From contig JAVHQC010000011.1 of the NCBI GenBank assembly GCA_036170915.1, positions 96,001-160,000 on the forward strand: 64,000 nt of DNA. The letters are read 5' to 3'. Under the pieces are notes generated by a model. The model saw only the letters and a program-made list of their open reading frames with translations. It had not been told where the DNA came from and made no database searches. The stretch's first letter is position 1, and each line of letters begins with the position of its first letter. This DNA comes from Cyanobacteria bacterium auto_48_18 (GTDB lineage Bacteria > Cyanobacteriota > Vampirovibrionia > Obscuribacterales > Obscuribacteraceae). The translations under genes and the position numbers were made by a program. Positions 57,983 through 64,000 of the stretch are shown in pieces.

Positions 57983-59047
57983 TTATTGCATTTCGATGTG
58001 GCCGTTGTATTTAAGCCAGAATAGAAGCCCGCCTGAGACGCAGAACATCAGAGCGAGGCAAAAGTAATAACCAAATGGTGCGTGCACTTCTGGAATGATA
58101 AAATTCATTCCGTAAATGCCGGCGATTAAACTTGGTGGCAAAAAGAGCGTGGCAATCATAGTCAAAATTGTGGTGGTGCGGTTGGTGCGCAGGCTGAGGC
58201 CTGAAACATAGACGTCCATTAAGTTGTAAGACATGGCCCTGTAGGTCTCGAATAGTCGAATCACAGCATTTGTTTCGTCTTGGCGAAAAGCAATGTGCTG
58301 TTTGCCGACTTCTGTCATTAGCGGGTTGTTAGAACGCTGAAGAGCGAGCAAAACAGTCTCCACCGGCCAGACTTGATTTAGATAAATCCAAATGACTTGC
58401 TGGGCGCGATTGATTAGCTCAAGCTCTTGTTTGCCAGGGTTGAGAATAATTTTGTTTTGTATCTCTTCCAGTCTGTTGCCACCAAGTTTGAGCAATTCCA
58501 CATAACTGTTAATGGTGTCTTCAATCAGTGTGGCCGCCAGTCTGTCTACACCAATATTGCTGAAGTGCTCTCCTTTTTCCATTAGTTTGTGGCTGACAAA
58601 GGCAAAGGCACTATCATGGCTGAACTGGCGTGTCACCAGTACTTTATCGGCCATAAAAAAGTTGATTGTTTCGATAGCGTCTACCTGATTGCTGATAGAT
58701 GGCCTGGCTAGTGACCAGAACATTCCATTGTGAAAATCTTCAAAAAATGAATCTGCATGCGGGCTGCGAATCAATTTCATTTGTTCGTCAGTCAGATCAA
58801 GAAAATCGTAAAGGTGCTTCCAGAACTCGTCACCAAGGGTGCCCGATAAGTGCAACCAGATCACGTCTTTATTTTGCCGCTTTTGTTCAAGGTCTGAAAA
58901 ATCAAAAAATCCAGCTTCAACCAGGCCTTCTTGATCGAGACAAAAGAGCTTAATTCGCAGCTCTAAAGAATCGGGCAGGCATGGCACCATGGTTAAAGTG
59001 GTTGGCGAAAATGTCAATCTTCCCCGGTTAAAAGGCAATTCCTTCAT
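57983..59047 (-). CDS. corA: CorA-family Mg/Co transporter
   Basis: LTMIATLFLP..IAGIYGMNF..PE and two C-terminal TMs. Confidence 0.92.
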   Translation of the reverse strand: MKELPFNRGRLTFSPTTLTMVPCLPDSLELRIKLFCLDQEGLVEAGFFDFSDLEQKRQNKDVIWLHLSGTLGDEFWKHLYDFLDLTDEQMKLIRSPHADSFFEDFHNGMFWSLARPSISNQVDAIETINFFMADKVLVTRQFSHDSAFAFVSHKLMEKGEHFSNIGVDRLAATLIEDTINSYVELLKLGGNRLEEIQNKIILNPGKQELELINRAQQVIWIYLNQVWPVETVLLALQRSNNPLMTEVGKQHIAFRQDETNAVIRLFETYRAMSYNLMDVYVSGLSLRTNRTTTILTMIATLFLPPSLIAGIYGMNFIIPEVHAPFGYYFCLALMFCVSGGLLFWLKYNGHIEMQ

Positions 59048-59124
59048 GCGGTCCTCGTTCGACTAACTTACTGGTCTATCATCGCAGCATTTTGCCTTCT
59101 GCCCATCTATTACAGGAGAGAAAT

Positions 59125-59149
59125 GGAACGATTCAGAAATTTTGCCGTC
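59125..59149 (+). promoter_or_regulatory. ECF-sigma-type promoter (GGAAC-N17-GTC)
   Basis: GGAACGATTCAGAAATTTTGCCGTC about 50 nt upstream of ATG 59201. Confidence 0.5.
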
Positions 59150-59200
59150 AATTTGTCTCAAGTAGGCGACAGCGCGAGTATAGAAGGCGGAGTAGCATAG

Positions 59201-60892
59201 ATGGCGACAAAACTAAGCCCTGATAATCTAAAGCGATACAGGGATATTACTTGGCTTCTATTGAAGTATGGCAACTCAGACCTGGTCAAGCATGCCGGTA
59301 ATTTAGACGATGCTCTTGGCATTGATGGAGATGCTGCTGCTCCTGAAACTCCCGCAAAGGCCCACGAGCTGGCCGATGATTTAGAGAAATTGGGTCCGGC
59401 ATTTGTCAAGTTGGGTCAGGTGCTTTCTACACGACCAGATTTTTTGCCGCCGGCATACATCGAAGCGCTTTCGCGTTTGCAAGATAATTGCGAACCAGTT
59501 TCTTTTGCCGAAATAGAGCGCGTAGTAGTAAGTGAGTTGGGTGTGCGCATATCTAAAGCTTTTTCTGAATTCAATCAGGTGCCTGTGGCCGCTGCCTCAC
59601 TGGGGCAAATTCACCATGCTTTAATGCGCGATGGCCGGGCAGTTGCGGTCAAGGTGCAGAGGCCAGGCATTCGTGAAGTTATCATTCAAGATTTGCAAAT
59701 ATTATCTGACGTTGCTGATTTTTATGACCAACATACCGAAGCCGGCAGACGCTATGAATATGGTTTGATGCTCGAAGAATTTCGCAAGTCGATTTTAGAT
59801 GAGCTTGATTATCGTAAAGAAGCTCACAACTTAGAGACGATGAAACATAATTTGCGTGAGTTTGATTTGATAGTGGTGCCTGCTCCTATCAACGATTTCA
59901 GCACGTCGAAAGTTTTGACTATGGATTTTATACAAGGCAAAAAAATCACCAGTATCACACCACTCGAATTGCTCGAAATCGACGGAGCACCTCTCGCCGA
60001 GCAGGCTTTCGAGGCCTATCTCAAGCAGATTTTGGTCGATGGATTCTTCCACGCCGATCCTCATCCTGGCAATGTGCTGTTAACCTCCGACAAAAAAATT
60101 GGCCTTTTAGACCTGGGCATGGTGGCAAGATTGACGCCATCCATGCAAGGAAAATTGTTGCAACTGATTCTCGCCATCAGTGAAGGACGCCCTGATGCAA
60201 CTGCCGATATCGCCTTTGATATCGGTACTCGCAAGCCCAATTTTGATGAGCTGTCTTGTCGTAAACAAATTGCTGACCTGGTGCAAAATCATGTGGGTTC
60301 AAGCATTGGTGAAATGCAAATTGGCCGGGTTGTTTTGAACATCACCCGAGCAGCTGGCGACAGCGGCATTCGCGTACCGGCAGAGTTGACCATGCTCGGC
60401 AAGACACTGCTCAATTTAGATCAAGTGGGCCGCACGTTATATCCCAATTTTGACCCCAATGCCTCTGTCAGGCGCCATGCAGCTAATATAATGCAGCAGC
60501 GAATGCTGAAAGATATTTCGCCTGGTCATATGTTCACCGGCATTTTAGAAGCGAAAGCCTTCGCCGAAAAATTCCCATCACATATCAATAAAATTTTAGA
60601 CCTGGCGTCTAATAACAATTTGTCCGTTAAGGTAATTGATGAGCCTTTACTGGTCGACTCATTCCAAAAAGTCGCCAACCGCATCAGCCTTTCTCTCATA
60701 CTGGCTGCCTTAATTGTGGGAGCGGCGCTGTTAATGCGTGTCTCCACCAAATTTACAATTCTCGGTTATCCCGGATTGGCTATTTTATGCTTTATAGCGG
60801 CAGCGGCCGGCGGCATTGCCATGGCAATTCAAATTCAATTTTACGACCAGCGGCCACAAAAATTTGGCACTGACAAACCTATGCCCAAATAG
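59201..60892 (+). CDS. ABC1/UbiB/AarF-family atypical kinase
   Basis: LGPAFVKLGQ, AAASLGQ, VAVKVQRP, FHADPHPGN, LDLGMV. Confidence 0.93.
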   Translation: MATKLSPDNLKRYRDITWLLLKYGNSDLVKHAGNLDDALGIDGDAAAPETPAKAHELADDLEKLGPAFVKLGQVLSTRPDFLPPAYIEALSRLQDNCEPVSFAEIERVVVSELGVRISKAFSEFNQVPVAAASLGQIHHALMRDGRAVAVKVQRPGIREVIIQDLQILSDVADFYDQHTEAGRRYEYGLMLEEFRKSILDELDYRKEAHNLETMKHNLREFDLIVVPAPINDFSTSKVLTMDFIQGKKITSITPLELLEIDGAPLAEQAFEAYLKQILVDGFFHADPHPGNVLLTSDKKIGLLDLGMVARLTPSMQGKLLQLILAISEGRPDATADIAFDIGTRKPNFDELSCRKQIADLVQNHVGSSIGEMQIGRVVLNITRAAGDSGIRVPAELTMLGKTLLNLDQVGRTLYPNFDPNASVRRHAANIMQQRMLKDISPGHMFTGILEAKAFAEKFPSHINKILDLASNNNLSVKVIDEPLLVDSFQKVANRISLSLILAALIVGAALLMRVSTKFTILGYPGLAILCFIAAAAGGIAMAIQIQFYDQRPQKFGTDKPMPK

Positions 60893-60909
60893 CAAATAGC
60901 TTACGGCCG

Positions 60910-61143
60910 TTAATCGATTATGTATTCAATCCAGTATTCAGAGCGCTCTTTCCAGGCGCAAGGTTCATTGCCGCAGGTGAGCGTGACGCGTGATGCGTTA
61001 GAATCAATTTCGATGATGTTAAAGCCATCACGCACAGCGTCTATGGTTTCAGCGTATTTTTCGAATTTCTGTATTGGTTTTTTGCACTCTGGACATATCA
61101 TTTTTTTGTTGGCGATTGCGTCTTTAATTTTCTGAAGCGACAT
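60910..61143 (-). CDS. Small zinc-ribbon-like protein
   Basis: CPEC..CGNEPC.W; start ATG 61143 or 61161. Confidence 0.65.
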   Translation of the reverse strand: MSLQKIKDAIANKKMICPECKKPIQKFEKYAETIDAVRDGFNIIEIDSNASRVTLTCGNEPCAWKERSEYWIEYIID

Positions 61144-61238
61144 GACATCCCCAATTTTCATACGACTTTGATAGCTTACCGCAAAGAAGTTTTCATTTCG
61201 CCCTTGGCGGCATATTTTCCAGGTAGTAGAATCCGGAC

Positions 61239-61964
61239 ATGGCCGTTAATTCTCAAATTGAATGGACTGATGCCACCTGGAACCCGGTCACCGGTTGTAC
61301 CAAGATCAGCCCAGGTTGTGGGCATTGCTATGCTGAGACATTTGCCGAGCGCTTTCGCAATGTGCCCGGGCATCCTTATCAGCAGGGCTTCGATTTGAAA
61401 CTCTGGCCTGCCAGGCTGTCTTTGCCGCTCACATGGCGCAAACCCAAACGCATTTTCGTCAATTCAATGAGCGACCTTTTTCATAAAGATGTGCCAGAAG
61501 AGTACATTTTCAAAGTATTTGAAGCCATGAAAGCGGCGCACTGGCATCAGTTTCAGGTGCTGACTAAACGACACGAACGACTGGCATTGATGAGCCCGCG
61601 CCTGGAGTGGGCCGACAACATCTGGATGGGTGTGAGCGTTGAGTCTCAAGAATATGTAGAACGCGTTGAATTTTTGCGTAAGACTGGCGCCGCTATCAAA
61701 TTTCTATCAGTCGAGCCGCTATTGGGGCCCATTGAGCAAATTAACTTAAGTGGAATAGATTGGGTGATTGTTGGCGGCGAATCAGGAGGTCATGCCCGGC
61801 CCATGGCTGAGCAGTGGGTGCGCACCATGCGTGAACATTGCCAGAAGAAGGGTGTGGCTTTCTTTTTCAAGCAATGGGGCGGCGTTAATAAAAAGAAGAC
61901 CGGGCGCCTGCTCGACGGCCGTACCTGGGACGCTCTACCCGCCAGAGCCGCTGAGCTGGGGTGA
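61239..61964 (+). CDS. DUF5131 (phage Gp37/Gp68-like) protein
   Basis: IEWTDATWNPVTGC.KISPGC.HCYAE, FVNSMSDLFH, WVIVGGESG, FFKQWG. Confidence 0.92.
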   Translation: MAVNSQIEWTDATWNPVTGCTKISPGCGHCYAETFAERFRNVPGHPYQQGFDLKLWPARLSLPLTWRKPKRIFVNSMSDLFHKDVPEEYIFKVFEAMKAAHWHQFQVLTKRHERLALMSPRLEWADNIWMGVSVESQEYVERVEFLRKTGAAIKFLSVEPLLGPIEQINLSGIDWVIVGGESGGHARPMAEQWVRTMREHCQKKGVAFFFKQWGGVNKKKTGRLLDGRTWDALPARAAELG

Positions 61965-62013
61965 TCAGGCAGGGAAAAATTTCAAAATCTTTGATCGCCC
62001 GCTGGGGTTAGTT

Positions 62014-62045
62014 TCACGTCTTATTCACGTGCCATTGTTTATATT
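62014..62045 (+). promoter_or_regulatory. Direct-repeat box TCACG-N6-TCACG plus -10
   Basis: TCACGTCTTATTCACG, then 10 nt, then TATATT. Confidence 0.55.
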
Positions 62046-62077
62046 AACTTCCTGCAATACAAATGCCGAGGATGATA

Positions 62078-63523
62078 ATGGTAGCCGGTCAGAGTCTCGA
62101 ACAACCTCAATCATCGCCAGAGAAGCGTCTCGACAGCGGTGACAATAAGGCCAATAACACTCTACCTGACGTAGATCGCGTCTCTTTGCTGCGCCAGTTC
62201 ACACCAGCCGATCCTGGCATTCTCAATACCGAATTTCCGAAACTTACTATCAACGGGTGGGAAAAACACTTGCCGGGTGCCGACGCCGGTGATAAACAGG
62301 CCGCCCAGCCAGCTACCCAAACCAAGGAACAGCGAATCGACAGCGCCAAGCAGGCTCTCGAATCTCCTGAGTCTACTGTGAAGCAGAAGATGGAAGCTAT
62401 GACTTCTCTCTATAACGATCTCGATAAGACCAACGGCAAGGTACGCGTTAGTTTGAAAGACAACGGCGTAGAGCGTGATTTTGAAATCAATCGTCAGTCA
62501 GTGGGTAAAAATGTCAACCTGATTCAGCTTCGTACGGCTGAAGCAAATGGCTCTAACCATCCCGTTTTACGTGCGGTAGAGCGCAATGGAGAGTTTGAAC
62601 AACAACGCAACAAGAACGGCAGCAAAGCCGATTATCGTGGTGATTGGTGGTCTGCCAATGCTAAAGAAAGCACTATTGCTAAATTTGGACAGGGTGAGAC
62701 CGCGGCCAAACCCGAAGTAAGACCGGTGGTTAAGGCCGAAACAAAAGTAGAGCCAAAAGTCGAGCCAAAAGTCGAAACAGTTCCAGTTCCGCGCGACAAA
62801 CCGGCCGCTGAAGTTGTTTTGCCTCAAGTTGGGCCAATTCCAGAACAACGTAATTTTGATCCCGCCAGTCAAAATGTCAGGCCTGAGGTTAAGACTGAAG
62901 TCAGACCAGAAGTTAAGCCCGAGGCTAGCCCTGTTCAAACTGAAGTAGAACCGCGCAAGAAGCGCGAAGACATAGTTATTCCATGGAAGAAGGACCGCAC
63001 CGGTGCCGACAAGCCGTCTGGCGATAATACTGTAGAAGCCAGTGACATTAAGTCATTCTATTCGCGTCAAAAAGATTCCTTCAGTTGCGCTGGTATCGCC
63101 GCGGGCATGATGTACGCTAAGGAGCGCCAGGGCAGACCTCTGACTGATTCTGAGAACCAGAGATTTAAGGAACTCACTGGCACTACTCGGCACGGTTATC
63201 GTGGCCCGCTGCAAAAATTGGCCAATGAAATAGCCAGCACCGGTCTCACCACTAAGGCTTATGACTATGGAATGGGCAACGTGGGTGCCAAAGCCATGCA
63301 AGATCTCAATCGTGAATTAGATCAAGGTCGCTCTGCTGTTGCCAAAGTTATTAACCCAAATACAGGCAATCCGCACTATGTCTTCATTGCCGGAAGAAAT
63401 TCTGAAGGCAAATACATCATCGGCGACCCTGATAGAAAAAATACTCAACATTTCAGACCAGTATCGCAACAGTATCTGCAAAGCATCATGCGCCAACGTG
63501 ATGGATTCGTGGTCGGATACTAA
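62078..63523 (+). CDS. Protein with C-terminal C39-like cysteine peptidase domain
   Basis: QKDSFSCAG..PHYVFIAG..IIGDP (Q/C/H/D); V(E/R/K)P(K/E) linker repeats; GAGG RBS before ATG 62078; no signal peptide. Confidence 0.75.
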   Translation: MVAGQSLEQPQSSPEKRLDSGDNKANNTLPDVDRVSLLRQFTPADPGILNTEFPKLTINGWEKHLPGADAGDKQAAQPATQTKEQRIDSAKQALESPESTVKQKMEAMTSLYNDLDKTNGKVRVSLKDNGVERDFEINRQSVGKNVNLIQLRTAEANGSNHPVLRAVERNGEFEQQRNKNGSKADYRGDWWSANAKESTIAKFGQGETAAKPEVRPVVKAETKVEPKVEPKVETVPVPRDKPAAEVVLPQVGPIPEQRNFDPASQNVRPEVKTEVRPEVKPEASPVQTEVEPRKKREDIVIPWKKDRTGADKPSGDNTVEASDIKSFYSRQKDSFSCAGIAAGMMYAKERQGRPLTDSENQRFKELTGTTRHGYRGPLQKLANEIASTGLTTKAYDYGMGNVGAKAMQDLNRELDQGRSAVAKVINPNTGNPHYVFIAGRNSEGKYIIGDPDRKNTQHFRPVSQQYLQSIMRQRDGFVVGY

Positions 63524-63611
63524 GCCGAACTATTTTGCCGAATTATTTTGCCGAATTAGGTCGAACTATTCTGCCAGAATGCTTTGCCAGAAAGTTCTGC
63601 CAGATTAATTT
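63524..63611. repeat. Degenerate 13-bp tandem repeat, seven units
   Basis: gccgaactatttt, gccgaattatttt, gccgaattag, gtcgaactattct, gccagaatgcttt, gccagaaagttct, gccagattaattt. Confidence 0.7.
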
Positions 63612-63708
63612 GCTGCGTAATACCCACACTGTGCTTGAGCTGCCTCTCTTGTCATAGCGTGATTCTAGATCTAAGATCACGCGGAGATATAGTTAAGGGG
63701 AATTGTCA

Positions 63709-64000
63709 GTGACTGAACAGCCCAAACAAGTTTTTCTCGGTGGTGCCTGCGGCCTCACCACATGGCGCAAAGATATCACTATTCCGTTGATGGAAGCGGC
63801 GGGAGTAACTTATCATAATCCGCAAATGCCACTGGGTGCATGGAAAGAAGATGATCAGTTCGATGAAATGCGACGTAAAGACGAGTGTCTGGTGCAATTG
63901 TTTGTCATCAATGGCGATACCAGAGGTGTCGCTTCAGTGGCTGAGGTGGCCTATTTAATCGGCGCTAGAAAACCAGTTGCTATTGTGATGGAAGATATTA
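63709..64000 (+). CDS. Nucleoside 2-deoxyribosyltransferase-like (Raw/OLRN-1-like) protein, truncated by the window edge
   Basis: Hand translation: MTEQPKQVFLGGACGLTTWRKDITIPLMEAAGVTYHNPQ..W..FVINGDTRGVASVAEVAYLIG. No stop before the edge, so it is absent from the ORF track. Start 63703 or 63709. Confidence 0.8.
   Translation, partial: MTEQPKQVFLGGACGLTTWRKDITIPLMEAAGVTYHNPQMPLGAWKEDDQFDEMRRKDECLVQLFVINGDTRGVASVAEVAYLIGARKPVAIVMEDI

Noticed and set aside
40758..61964. umuDC and DUF5131 as markers of a prophage or ICE
   Set aside because: No integrase, transposase, structural or conjugation genes, and no att-like duplication of the tRNA ends was noticed.
341..63897. Numerous short antisense or overlapping ORFs in the track (for example 357-827, 28885-29331, 51246-51473, 63706-63897)
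   Set aside because: Shadow frames of well-supported genes or of the SDR remnant, with no independent motifs.

Overview
Ordinary chromosomal region with about 60 genes. I see no CRISPR array, rRNA, transposase, integrase or prophage. The gene types (kinase-TM-LRR proteins, a DUF4388/GGDEF-like protein, many unassignable low-complexity proteins) suggest, by inference only, a non-photosynthetic cyanobacterial relative such as Ca. Obscuribacterales (Vampirovibrionia/Melainabacteria). Recognisable genes include a GH3 beta-glucosidase, galM, an M13 peptidase, PolX-PHP, a UDG, umuDC, rlpA, trxA, an RND pump, corA and an ABC1/UbiB kinase, plus a compact tRNA cluster (Arg-ACG, Lys-TTT, Glu-TTC). Most notable: (1) a secreted TPR-thioredoxin with an in-frame UGA exactly at the first Cys of the CxxC motif (candidate UxxC selenoprotein); (2) five or six signal-peptide-less proteins sharing an N-terminal [LF]P-x-[FVL]-x-[IV] motif, most preceded by one of two 11-bp-period direct-repeat boxes, four flanking an OmpR-type two-component pair; (3) three kinase-TM-LRR receptors and a free ectodomain sharing a pre-LRR cap domain; (4) a structured leader with a small ORF ahead of the tRNA cluster; (5) an identical 15-bp operator inside three sigma70 promoters, and five GGAAC-N17-GTC ECF-type promoters; (6) several enzymes with substituted catalytic residues, an internally deleted SDR pseudogene, and a Raw/OLRN-1-like gene at the right edge. 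All family calls come from motif recognition by eye, not database searches.
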